A stretch of DNA of 64,000 nt from the human T2T-CHM13v2.0 reference genome, Homo sapiens. The DNA is taken from assembly GCF_009914755.1 (NCBI RefSeq), contig NC_060932.1; one strand, given 5' to 3'. Position numbers and translations under genes: made by a program. Under the pieces are notes generated by a model. That model was not told where the DNA came from. It worked only from the letters and a program-made list of their open reading frames with translations, and made no database searches. Numbering within the stretch: position 1 is the stretch's first letter; each line of letters begins with the position of its first letter. This document shows positions 46,574 through 61,064 of the stretch, piece by piece.

Positions 46574-47949
46574 CTTTGTAGCTTTATCTGCTTTTGGTCT
46601 TTGATGATGGTGATGTACAGATGGGTTTTTGGTGTGGATGTACTTTCTGTTTGTTAGTTTTCCTTCTAACAGACAGGACCCTCAGCTGCAGGTGTGTTGG
46701 AGTACCTGGCCGTGTGAGGTGTCAGTCTGTCCCTGCTGGGGGGTGCCTCCCAGTTAGGCTGCTCGGGGGTCAGGGGTCAGGGACCCACTTGAGGAGGCAG
46801 TCTGCCCGTTCTCAGATCTCCAGCTGCATGCTGGGAGAACCACTGCTCTCTTCAAAGCTGTCAGACAGGGACATTTAAGTCTGCAGAGGTTACTGCTGTC
46901 TTTTTGTTTGTCTGTGCCCTGCCCCCAGAGGTGGAGCCTACAGAAGCAGGCAGGCCTCCTTGAGCTGTGGTGGGCTCCATCCAGTTGGAGCTTCCCAGCT
47001 GCTTTGTTTACCTAAGCAAGCCTGGGCAATGGCGGGCACCCCTCCCCCAGCCTCGCTGCCACCTTGCAGTTTGATCTCAGACTGCTGTGCTAGCAATCAG
47101 TAGACTCCGTGGGCGTAGGACCCTCCGAGCCAGGTGCGGGATATAATCTCGTGGTGCACCATTTTTTAAGCCCGTCGGAAAAGCGCAGTATTCGGGTGGG
47201 AGTGACCCGATTCTCCAGGTGCCGTCTGTCACCCGTTTCTTTGACTAGGAAAGGGAACTCCCTGACCCCTTGCACTTCCCGAGTGAGGCAATGCCTCGCC
47301 CTGCTTCTGCTCGCGCACGGTGCGCACACCCACTGACCTGCGCCCACTGTCTGGCACTCCCTAGTGAGATGAACCTGGTACCTCAGATGGAAATGCAGAA
47401 ATCACCGGTCTTCTGCATCGCTCACGCTGGGAGCTGTAGACCGGAGCTGTTCCTATTCGGCCATCTTGGCTCCTCCCCCTTAATAGAGTTCTTTTCATTT
47501 ACCATAATCATATTCTTCTCAGAGAGCACAATTATTCAGTGGGAGAATATGAAAACAAAGCAAAACAAGGGCCTCACTCCCTTACCTTAGGAAACCATGC
47601 ATTCACCAAATATTTGCTGAGCACTTATCATGTGCCAGTCGTTGTGTTAAGCACTGAGGTTACAGAAGTGAACAAAACAGATGCTGAACAATTAGAGCAG
47701 TGTTGAGTATTGCAACAGAAGAAATACAGAGTTGAATAAACTATGGCTCAACTTTAGCAAATTTTATGGAAAGATGAACTAACACAAAGAAAACACAGAG
47801 AACATATGATTTGCAACTTAATGCTTGGTTTAGTAAATATTAATAGAAACAATTAATACTAATCAGTGTACAGTAACACAAAGATAAAACAATGGCAAAC
47901 CTTAAACTTTTAACATATTATCATCCCTAAATAGGCATAAAATCCTGTT

Positions 47950-48420
47950 AGTGGCAAACAGTGATAGGGCAGTGAGAGTGATCTATTCTGGGTATAGGCA
48001 ACCAAATGGTGTTTTTTTTTCTGTAGAGCATTTAAAAACAATAATAAAATAGGCTAGGTGGTCTGCTTTTGATTATTACCACATGCAGGCAATTTAAACC
48101 ATGTTAGTGATAAAATATCCTTCCCTGTGAATAAAGATCGTTTGTTGGTTTGGATTCTAAACAATTGTTGTTGTGGTTACTACTGTATTTTAAGTATATA
48201 CGTAAGCTTCAAATTAGCATATTTTTATTTTTTATAATTTATCCTTTCACAAACATTAAATTCTATGTAGGAGCTATTTGAAGAATTCCTCAGTTACACA
48301 CTTAGTCTCCTATGCACATGAAGAGTCAAATGGATGTTTTCATTTTGAGCGGAGTGTTGAAATGTTTTGAGCTTCTTTTGGTGCAGTTCATCTCTTTATA
48401 GATTCTTGAGTCTAAATAAT
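47950..48420. mobile_element. Arthur1-like hAT-Tip100 DNA element
   Basis: 'ctgtagagcatttaaaaacaataataaaa..gtctgcttttgattattacca' resembles recalled Arthur1. Confidence 0.6.
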
Positions 48421-48464
48421 GAACGATGGTATGACTTTTATTTTTGTGTGTGTGACTAGAATCA

Positions 48465-49505
48465 AGGGAATGCAAATTGCACCTATAAAGAGACAACAGT
48501 AAATCCCATCAGAATAGCAAGAATTTAAAATAACTGATAATGCCAAGTGTTGACAAGGATGCAGACCACTATTTGTGATTTACAATCTCTTTGGGAAAAC
48601 CGTTCTGCATCTATAAAATTTGAACAAGTTCATACTCTATGACCCAGCAATTACATTCCTAGGCAAATATCCAACATAAATTTATATGCATGCTGAAAGA
48701 CATTCAAGAATGTTCAGGGCAATGTCATTTGTAATAGCCTCTAACTGGAAACATTTCAAACTGTAAAGAATTGAATGAATAAACAAATTGTGGTGTATTT
48801 ATACAATGGAATAATGCACAACAATGAGGATGACACCTCTATACTCAACAATCTGGATGAATCTCAGGAACATAATGTTGAGTCATATAACTCATATACA
48901 GAGTATTACATGGTTTATAATTTCATTTATATAAAATTCAAAAACCAGAAAAATTATTCTGTGGTGTTAAAATTCAGGGCAGTTAATATTTTTTGAGGGT
49001 GGAGGGGATATGGCTTGAAAGAGACATGACGTTGTTTTCTGGTGTTTCCTAGTGTTGGGGTATTTTATTTATTATTTTTTGTTTTGAGACAGGGTCTCGG
49101 TCTTTCACCAAGGCTGCATTGCAGTGGCACAGTCACAGATCACTGCAGGCTTGACTGCCCAGGCCCAGACGATTCTCCCACCTTAGCCTCCTGAATAGCT
49201 GGAACTACAGGTGAGTGCCACCATGCCCAGCTAATTTTTGTAGAGATGGGGTTTTGCCATGTTGCCCAGGCTGGTCTTGAACTCCTGGGCTCAAGCAATC
49301 TGCCTACCTCTGCCTCCTAAAGTGCTGGGATTACAGGCATGAGCCACCACACCCAGTCAGGTGTTTCCTAATGATGTTTAATTTCTTGACTTAGTTGATA
49401 TTTATATGGATGTGTTCCCTTTGTGATAATCCAATGAAATGTACTTTTATGATTTGTATACTTTTCTGAGTGTATAATTCAATAAAAATGTTTATTGGAA
49501 AAAAA
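48465..49505 (+). mobile_element. L1ME 3' fragment interrupted by an antisense AluJ (~49062-49360)
   Basis: 'gacccagcaattacattcctagg' and 'atctggatgaatctcagg' L1M motifs, plus AluJ 'ctcctgggctcaagcaatctgcc'. Confidence 0.75.
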
Positions 49506-49801
49506 ATAGCTAAAAACAGTAAGGTATGAACAAAAGATATTACAGACATTGTATTTTGGGGGTATTATTGTACAGTCTGGTATGAGTAGGCTCACAAGTT
49601 TAGTTGTAACACATACAGATAGAATTTTCTTTAAGAAAACCGGAAATGAAGAAATCCACATTTACAAAACAAGTAAACCAAGAGGGGTGTTATTTATATA
49701 ATACTGAATACAACTTTTAAGGAATTCTTCTCTTTCTTTGTGCATTAACATATATTTTTCAATTATTTTATTCCAATACTCGGAGGAAATAAATTATGTT
49801 G

Positions 49802-50195
<394 letters not shown>

Positions 50196-50583
50196 CTTCT
50201 ATTGTGTAATTTTAAAAAGCTAAGTATTCTACCTTCCATTTCACCTCTGTATCTTTTCCCTGCATATTATTCTTATGAGACTCAAATGGCCTATCATCAC
50301 TATCTTCAGTATCATCATTATCCCATTGCATTTGCATCATGCTTAACAGTAACAAAGAGCTTTTTCACTGGTCGCACAAGTCTCAGAGGTAAAGACTTGT
50401 TTACCTCTCACATTCTGCATGAGCAAACAAACTCAAAGTGGCCAAGAGATTTTCCTAATACTTCATTGCTCACAGGAGGTGAAGCTCTGCCCTAGTCCAG
50501 CATTCTATCTTCAGTAGCCCTTGAATCTGTCAGATTACTTGGTTGCAAGCTACAGAGACCAACTGGGTCAACCTAAGACAAGT

Positions 50584-50720
50584 AAAGAGAGAGAGAGAAA
50601 GAGAGAGAGAGAAATCAAGAAAAAAAACAAGGAAAGAAAGAAAAAAAGAAAGAGAAAAATAAGAGAAACAGAGAGAAAGAGGGAGGACAGGAGAGAGGAA
50701 GGGGGGCAGCAGGGAGGGAA
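50584..50720. repeat. GA-rich low-complexity tract within an MLT1-like LTR (~50520-51150)
   Basis: Direct reading. Flank 'cagattacttggttgcaagctacagagacc' is MLT1J/K-like. Confidence 0.75.
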
Positions 50721-51574
50721 GTCGGAATACGCTGGAAGCATACCAGGGGCTCAAGTATTAACAAGAGGCTGAAGCACATGTCTTGGAAAAGTGGCAGTTA
50801 CCAGGCAGCTGCAGAGGCTTGGCATCAGAAATGATGATGCAGAAGCCATCTGGTCTTTGTGGAGTTGCTGGGATGAGTCTGAAATCCAAAAAATATGTTT
50901 TCCTTGCTCAGGATTCAAATTTCCAGGAAGGAGTCCTGACGGGCTGAGTTTTCCTTTTGTGCTACTCCCTGGCTATACTAAAAGGCTAGGTAAGAATTAG
51001 GTCCCTTCATTCCTGGGAGGGGGCAGTCAGGATTAGAGAACATCTCAAAAGGGATGTTATAGTGAAGGACTTCCCTCAAAGGAAAATTAGGGTGCTCATT
51101 GTAGTGAGTTGTTGGATGACAGAGAGCTGAAAAACATGGCAAACCTCTTCTATAATACTCGTCCACACACTGGAGAAAAACCAAATAGGTGATCATGTTA
51201 GCAGCTGGAATCATGATCAATGTGAAAGTCTGAGATTCTGAAGACATTCAGGGTTGAACCAATCTGTTAGTTCCTGGTGGCTTTACAGCCCTTGTGGTTG
51301 CATGGAGCTGTGTTACTTTAAACCAGGCCCAACACTTGGTTTCCCGACTGAGTTGATTCTCAACCTTAACTAGTAAGACACAAATTAAGACATGCCAATT
51401 ATTCTAAATACTCAACAGGGTGAAAAAAATGGAACAATAACAACAGAAAAGCTAAAGGGCATCTAAGAGGACATAAAATAGCAATCACCAACACAATAGC
51501 AAACAGAGAAGTGGAGGCTGTGGCCCCGTGTAGCAGCTGGAATAGTTAGAAAAACAAGTAGAATTTTAAGGGAG

Positions 51575-52025
51575 TGCATTAGTTACTAGGGCTGCCATAA
51601 CAAAGGGCCATACACTGATTGGCTTAAAAAGATCTTTATTGTCTTGCAATTCTGGAGGCTGAATTCCAAGATCACGGTGTCAGCAGGACTGGCGCCTTCT
51701 GAGGGCTCTGAGGGAGAGTCTGCTCCATGCCTCTCTCCTGGCTTCTGGTGGTTTGCCGGCAATCTTTGGTGTTCCTTGGCCTGTAGGTGCATCACCCCAA
51801 TCTCTGCTTTCATGCTCACATGCTGTCCTCCCTGCCTGTGTCTCTGTGTCCAGGTTTCCCTTTTGTATAAGTACACCAGTCATACTGGATTAAGGCCCAA
51901 TCCTAACGACCTCATTTTCATTTGATTACCTTTAAAGACCCTATTAGCAGGTAAGGTCACATTCTAAGATACTGAGGGTTAGGCTTTAAACATATCCATT
52001 TGGAGGACACAATTCAAATTATAAA
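51575..52025 (-). mobile_element. MLT1C-like MaLR solo LTR
   Basis: 'tagggctgccataacaaa..tctggtggtttgccggcaatctttggtgttccttggcctgtag'. Confidence 0.88.
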
Positions 52026-53734
52026 AGGGAGGATGCTTCTTATTGGTCAAGAGTCATGCTTTTTAGTTTCCCTTTGTCTGGGGACCAATAAGCATGTTCA
52101 ACACTGCATCACATGTAGGAGCAATTCAGTTTGTGAGAAGGTCAGTGAGTTTATGACCCTCAAATGAGAATGCCAAGGCTGCAGATATTATGTCCTGAAG
52201 TCTGATCTTTATTAACTCTGCTAATTTCCTAGTTTCATGTTTACTACAAAGTATAAAGTCTTTTTCTAGGAGAGTGTTGACTGTGACATGTTATTCAACA
52301 CACTTATTTTATTTAAAGGTTTAATTTCTTTCATTTCAATCTTAATTTTCCAAGACTTATTGAGGATTTTGCTTTTGTTAATAATTTTTGTACCCTTTAA
52401 GTATGATATCAATGGTAAAGAGGTATTATTAGAATTAGAGAATATTATAATTTAATAAAAACACAATATTTATTAAACAATTATTATGTGCCAGGAACAT
52501 AAGTTCTTTATATGGATTATCTTATTTAATTTCTGAATGATTCTTATTTTACTCATGAGGAAGCTGAGGCTATGGAAGGTTCCATGAATTTCTCAGGGTA
52601 TCTTACAATGAGGGGAAAATTTGGACTCAGGCTGATTCTAGAGTCTGGGTGTCGCCACTTTGGCGACATTATGGAAATAATTTCCATAATTTGAGATGAT
52701 GCAAAAATTTGCCTTTGACTCCTCACAAACCAGGATCTTTTTTATTCCTAACTAAAAACTATCCGAAATATTTGCTGTGTGGTAACAGCAATATTGTGAT
52801 CAACTGTTCTGCAGTTCTGGAGCCGTCCGTGGGAGGAAGAGTGGAGGAAGAGGAGGCGGAAGAAGGAAGGAGGAAGGGCCGTACCAAGTCACCGGTGAAC
52901 GTTCCCAGCACGCACAGGACTCCTCCCAGAAACAGACAGGTGGAAGCTGACCACTAAAAGCTGGCTAGAGAGAGCCAGGGCACTCAGGACTTGGGGGAGA
53001 GTTGAAGTATTATGTTGGCAAAAGACTCTATGGGTATCCTCACTTGACTAGAAGAAGGATTACTTTTTCCTTGGACCCAGGTCAGCACTCTTTTGGGTTA
53101 TGTGATGCAAGACATTCATGCCAAGAGATGAATTTTTCTCCACCTGGCATGCACTGCATGGCATTAGATTTCCATTGATTTAAAGGGGGAAGACACAGCT
53201 GCCTCAAATAACAAACATGCATCTTCTGCAGCTGGTAATGGATGAAAAAAACCTGCATTTTTTTTCTTTTCAATGTCTGGAGAGAGTCAGGAGAGGAGAG
53301 GCGGGATATATTAAATTATCCTTTGGCGAGCTTTAGCTTCTGAGTGCCTCAGGCCTTACCCTGGAAATACTCCGCATCAAGTATGCACAGGGATGCAAGA
53401 AGAAATTAATCTTGCCATCAGTAACACTTTGTTTTTGGAAACTCTCTATGTCAAAAAGCGTCAGCTCCCAAGAGTTTTGGCTACTTTCTTAATTATCTTT
53501 GCAACTGAGCAAATGTTTTCTCTCCTCCTCTAAAGGGAAGGTAATTTGCTCTTTTTCTCTCTTTTTCCCTGAATGTTTGCAAATACTATGGCCTTTAGCA
53601 GGTTTTGGATAGACTTGAGAGCTATAAAGCCAAATCATTTGCAATCCTATAATCTTATTTGTTTCTTCCAGGAATCTGCTGAGGTGTTCACAGCTGCCTG
53701 CCTGCCTGCCGTGTCAGATAGTAGAAGTGGTGTG

Positions 53735-53779
53735 ATGATGACCAAGTTGGATGGTGAATGGAAGATTCTCGACACCAGG
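53735..53779 (+). pseudogene. Candidate degenerate FABP exon-1-like segment (MMTKLDGEWKILDTR)
   Basis: Aligns without gaps to the recalled FABP5 LEGRWRLVDSK (4 identities, most others conservative). TATAAAG lies at 53623-53629. Could be chance. Confidence 0.3.
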
Positions 53780-54767
53780 TACTGCCCAGCCAACAAGACA
53801 CAGGCTTGTCCCACCGCAGCAGAAAGTTGTTCTGTAGGCCAATAGCGAGACTGAGAAATGGCCAGATGCAAAAGAAACCAGTTCTGACTGCACTCCAGCT
53901 CTGCCTACCAAGTCAGGGCCAGGAGGCCCACGAACACTCCCTCATTGCTGACACTACAGAGCTGAGCTTCACAAAGCGCTCCCTGTTGGCTCTGCATTTA
54001 GACCTCCCACAACTACAGATAAAACAGAGGGAGACTAACATGCCTTAGAAACTAAGCAAATAACTTAAAGGATAATATTTAAACATGCTCATATATCTAG
54101 ATCTTGATCTTCCTTTATTCAATTTCATGGTCATGCAAATATAACAGCTTGAGATATTTTTAGTCCTGTGCAGTGTATGCTAAAATAGTGTCTGGCTTTT
54201 CTAGATTTCAAGGTCTGAATCTTATTTAGCTATCAATTCAATTAGCAGGGAGTTTGCCAAATAACTTACATGTGGAGAGGGTGTGGGGGGAACGCCACAG
54301 CTACACTGATTAGGGAGGGCATTATATGGTTAAGTGTTCATAAACCAAAACCACATTTTCTTCCTCTACTCAAGGGTCCCTTGGTGATCTTATGCAAGTC
54401 CAAAGAGGAAAGTTTCATCATACTGAAAACAAGAGATAGTGTGAGACTTAATGAGTATTTCTTGCGAATCGTCAACCTTACATTTTAAATTGGAAATGCC
54501 TCTGTATTCTATTAGGCTAACAGAAAAGTGTTATACATTTATGTTATGATATTCAAAAGGAAGCACTTTCAAGTTATTAGATAGGAGGTGTTAGATACTT
54601 AGAGTATCACCAATTTTCCAATATATTTTTTTATTGTCTTTATATGATGACTTTATTTCAGAAAAAAGAAAAAAGGAAAAAAACCAGACTCCAAATATTT
54701 GAGTTACTTTTATGCTTACCTCTGAACTGAAACTACTGAAGCGATTTCCCTCCTGGAAACCAGTTAA

Positions 54768-55260
<493 letters not shown>

Positions 55261-58200
55261 CCACCAACAACAAAAACACACACAAAGAAATGCTGGGACA
55301 GAGAATGCTCAACAGTGAAGCATGAGGGGGTACATGTTGGTAATGTGCTGTTTGTTCTCTCTGCCCTGTCTCCTAACCCTCTCCTAACTCCTGCTCACTG
55401 GTAGAAGGCACCCTCTTTCTCTGCTTTTTGAATGTTTCCTTCTGCTGCATGAAAAGGCTTCTCTCTCAACAGTTTACATGTCATCTCAAAAACAACCATT
55501 TCTAAGTTCCCAGTATTTTGATCCTTTCATTCCCTAAGCAAAAGTTCCCAATAATTTTACTAGTTTTGGGACCCACTGCATGGAGGTATTAACCATTGGG
55601 AAATCCCCAGTAGAGTGCATATAAATTCTTAAAGAGAAATCTCACAGCCACAGCCTTTGGTACACATTACTTAACACCATTTGCCTTGGGCCTGTTAGGG
55701 ACAGGGATATTGATGTCGGATTGGGAAATACTGCACAGATGCAATAAGGACCAATGTGCTTTCTCTGGGAGTCCCCTATTTCTAGACTAGAGAGGATAAT
55801 TCAGTGCCTAATTAAAAGGCTGAAAAGACACAAAGGAAACAAACTTCAGAGACTTTTCAGAGAATAATTCCTTAGAAACTCCTAGAAGACTAGCTACCAA
55901 ATTTATAATGGTGTCATCAAAACATTTGATCTCTGGCACTGTATCTTTCAGAAATGCAGCTGCCTTAGCAGAGAGCTGGCTGGGCACTTGGCAGCTATTT
56001 TTTTTAATGTGCTGCCAAAGGTAAGAGTTGCCATTGCTAGTAATTATAAATTATAAACCGGCAGCCAAATGGGAGCAATTATGAAAAGTGACCTATGAGC
56101 CAGTTTTTATAAAGTCATCAAAATAAGTAAGGAAATTTATTTTTCTAACGAATAAAACAAGTTTAATCTTATATGTGTGCCATTAAGAAAGTCAGTGATG
56201 GAATATATGAAGAACAAATGAGTCAGGCAGCAACCCATGGCACTCAATCACATGTTGAGTGCTCATCTCCAATGTTTCATTTCCTGGTTTAGGGAGATCA
56301 GGTTTCCTGAAGGAAGTGTAAAGGCCAGATATATCAAAGGTAAGATGCAAAGTCATTTAGGGGGACAATTTCTATAGGAAGGGAGGCTGATATCATTATT
56401 ATTTAGCATCTGCTGTTCATCAAGCACTAGATATTTCTAGCACTTTGCATCTCTGATCCCAGGTCCTGGGCTCAATAACTCTATGAAGGTGATATAATTA
56501 TCCTCATATTTCAGATGCTCATTGGGCAGGTGAAGTAAATGTTACAATGTCTCACAGACTGTAAGTTGACTTCAGAGAGTCCCTTCTAAAGTCTGATCCC
56601 AGTTCCAAAGCCCATGTGCCTCTCTGTTGCCTCTCATCTAGGTGACCTTCAAGGGCACCCAATAAAGAGGAAATGACATCCCAGTAGGGCTGCCCGCCCA
56701 ATCTGTAAATGAATGGAAGGAAAAATGTCACTGCTGGCTGCAAGAAGGAGTGTATTAATTCTACCCTCCTACCTTTAACTCAACCAAATCCCCTGCAACA
56801 ATCTCCTCACTGTTCTGAGTGTTTGCTCACCCAATCTGTGGAATTCAACTGACAAATCCAGTTTCATCCTCTTCTCTGATCTTATTTAGTGACCTTATTA
56901 GACTGACCTTATTAGAATCGGAGTCACTGCCTAATGCCTCCTCACCTTCCTAGCTCCTTCTGTCCACACCTCTCTAGTTTCTCCTCTGTGTGCTCCCTTT
57001 GACAGGATTCTGCCATTCTGATTCTTGTGTTTTAGCTTCTGTCTTTTACTTGTACCTGTGGAACCCGTGGGCCAAGTCCGCTCACCACAGATACCTCTCA
57101 TGGGAAGGACACTACGTTAAGCTCAGAGAAGTACATTTAATCATTAGTAACTGTATTTGGACATTTTTCTAAACATTGTTAAGTCATTGCTTTTAAGGCT
57201 GTTAAAACCATTTTAATGTTTTGTTTGTTTGTTTGTTTGTTTGTTTTGTAAATCAGTAAATTTGGTTCTTGGTCATTTCGATCACTTGGTGAATTAAGTT
57301 TTTTCCTCATTTCCTAACTGGAAATTAGGAGTAATTACTGGACAAGGCTCAACTCAGCAGTTGGCTCTCTTTTCTGGAACTTTGTTCTACTTCCTGGAAA
57401 TAGAGGTGGAAGTCCAGAGAGTCAGAGCCTAGAGACATGAGGCATGAAAAGTCATTCTGTTTTGGTGGCTGGTGAGAAGTGGGTAGAACTTCCTATAATC
57501 AAGCAGCATCTGGACAGTCTTGGTTGGAACGAGGTCCTCCTGTTATTTTAGCCTGGAATGGCGCTTGCAGTTCATCTCTCTCCAACTGGTGCAGGAAGAA
57601 AAAGGCAAAGGCATTTTAAATCATGGATTTTCCTTCCCTTACAAAGGTCATAGATTAATCTGATGAAAATGAACAGCTTTAAAAAGAATGGCCTAACAAC
57701 TTTTAGAAAAATGTCCATAATAATTATGATGATTAAACATATTCTTCTGAACACAGTTGTCCAAACAATAGGTAGCATGTCAAATGAAAAATTTTCAGTT
57801 TATACTGATTTTTGTTTGAAAATTGTAAACATCATTTTCAGTTTGTTAACACTTAGGATCTTAATTTTAGTACTTTTCAGACTTCTAACTAGCTTTTTAA
57901 TATTTCCTTTACAATTTTACATTGATTCTGAGTATATATCAAATTATTTTGATGTACAAGACATCTGATCCATTAAAGTATTCCCTTCTAAACATCCTTG
58001 CTTCCTTTCCACTGATTTGAGCAGGGTTATATTTTTAAGTTGAAATTTTCTGCAAACTGCTACCCATCTTTCTGTTTATGAATTTGTTAGAAACCAAAAT
58101 GCCAGCATTTTATCTTTGATTAGGACTCCTGGTTAATTCTGATTTATGTCATGTGCTCTTTAAATTTAAATTTTTAATTTAATAAACATTCAATTTAATT

Positions 58201-58416
58201 TTAATTGAAATTTGAATCATCTGTATATTAACATTTAAATTAGTTAAATTAGAAATCTCTTGCTAAAAATGTAAATTAAGGCTGCTATGCCATTTGAAGA
58301 ATTGATGAAATAATACTAAATGTGCTCTTGCTCTCACGACCCCTACAGCGGGATGCCTTGAACTAGACTTCAGCATACTCTGTATGTTTACATTTTGGAA
58401 AAAATAGTTTTATTAT

Positions 58417-58684
<268 letters not shown>

Positions 58685-58893
58685 TCACAATGACATTTTC
58701 AGTGAATATAGGATTTCTCACCATTTTAACATTCTATTAGGAATATTTTATCAAGGTAGCCAATTAAATTTAGTTTAGCTAATATACAAAAGAATGTATT
58801 TGATTACATGTTATCAAAAATAAAATATGTTTATAGAAACTGCTAACAATGGCAGTTTGTAAATTTTGGTTATTCTGTAAATTGATTATTTCA

Positions 58894-59357
<464 letters not shown>

Positions 59358-59971
59358 TTAATCCAAACAACAACTTTTTGAATTAGATATTATCATTTTA
59401 CAGAGGGGATATCTGAGGTTCAAAGAGGTTAATAATGTAAGTTGCCCAAGGGAAGCAGAGTCAAGACTGCTTGTCTCAAAGACCAGGCTGTCTGGTAAAG
59501 TTTCCAAGCTGTGAAATATAAGATGGAAATTACTTTCCTTGTCCTAGATCAATAAAAATTAAGATCAGCATTTTTTGCTACCTAAATGGAAAGAGCTCAG
59601 CATGTCCATATATGGCAGCATCTGTGACAAAAGCATGTGGGCTGGAACCATTTCCAGTCTACAGGTCAGATGGTAGGAGTGGCTATAGAGACTATGCAGG
59701 TGGTGGGTCAGGTTCAGGCATCCTTCCTGCAGGAGGGTGAGACACTGGTAACTACTGGTTGTGGTTCCAGCTCTACATTCAGCACAGTCAGCTGCCTGCT
59801 GTTCCCTGTTCTCCATTTTTTCCCTATAAGACCCGTAGGTCTATTAGATACGAAGAAAAGCATCCTAGAACTAGTTGCTCTCTGGAATAATGTCAATCAG
59901 GCCTTAATAGCTGACAGGAGAGAGAGAGGGTCTCTTGTAACCTCAAAACATAGAGCTCAAGAGCGTATGCT

Positions 59972-60265
59972 GGCTGGGTGCTGTTGCTCAAGCCTGTAAT
60001 CCCGGCACTTTGGGAGGCCAAGGCAGGTGGATCACCTGAGGTCAGGAGTTCAAGATCAGCCTGGCCAACATGGCAAAAACCCGTCTCTACTAAAAAATAC
60101 AAAAAATTAACTGGGCATGGTGGTGGGCCCCTGTAATCCCAGTGATTCAGGAGGCTGAGGCAGGAGAATCACTTGAACCCAGCAGGCAGAGGTTGCAGTG
60201 AGCCAAGATCGTGCTACTGCACTTCAGCCTGGGCGACAGAGAGAGACTCCATCTCCAAAAACAAA
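59972..60265 (+). mobile_element. AluSx-like element, 13-bp TSD aagagcgtatgct
   Basis: TSD at 59959-59971 and 60266-60278. Confidence 0.95.
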
Positions 60266-60767
60266 AAGAGCGTATGCTGAAGTCTAGTTCAAGGCATCCC
60301 GCTGTAGGGGTCATGAGAGCAAGAGCACATGGAGTGGTTTTGTCTGACTTCTGGCAAAGTTTTATTTGGGTAAACTGGGATGAAATGCCGTCTATGGGAC
60401 GACGTGTTGTATGAGCCTTAGGTATTTATTAATACCAGGTAGCAAATACCTCCCCTCTTCCCTTTCCTCTTGCTTTCTATAACTGTCATGAGCAGCCTGG
60501 GAGTGACAGATCTAGGTGTAATATACTGTTATTAGATGCAGTTTGCTGTATACTTGATCACACTTGCCCCTCATATACTGCTTTCCATTTCCCACTGCAG
60601 CCTGAGAAAGAACAGGGTTTGAGAAGGAAGGGAAAGGCAACTGGGAAGATATCCTTTTCCTTTTGCTGCAGATGACATGGTACCATATCTATCCGATTAT
60701 TTTTCTCTTTCAATCCCTCATCTCACACCCATCTTAGATTGAATGTCTCTAATTAGTGAGATAGCAA

Positions 60768-61053
60768 TTTTTTTTTTCTTTAGAGACAGGGTCTTGCTCT
60801 GTTGCCCAGACTAGGGGGCAGTGGTACAATCATAGCTCACACAGCCTAGAATTCCTGGGTTCAAGTGGCAATCCTACTGAGTAACTGGGACTATAGGTGC
60901 ATGCCACCATGCGCAGCTAATTTTTAAATTTTTTGTAGAGACGGGGTCTTGCTTTGTTGCTCAGGCTGGCCTTGAACTCCTGGGCTTATGTGATCTTCTC
61001 GCCTTAGCCATGCAAAGTTCTGGGATTATAGGCATGAGCCATTACACCCAGCC
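60768..61053 (-). mobile_element. AluJ element
   Basis: 'tttagagacagggtcttgctctgttgccca..aatcatagctcac'. Confidence 0.9.
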
Positions 61054-61064
61054 ACAAATTTTTA

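Noticed and set aside
56552-56585. 'cacag|ACTGTAAGTTGACTTCAGAG' resembling the FABP5 exon 3 start
   Set aside because: It lies within a MIR-like core ('gtcacacagctagtaag' type), which explains the sequence.
59637-59999. 120-aa ORF on the + strand
   Set aside because: GTG start, runs into an Alu and shows no protein similarity I can recognise.
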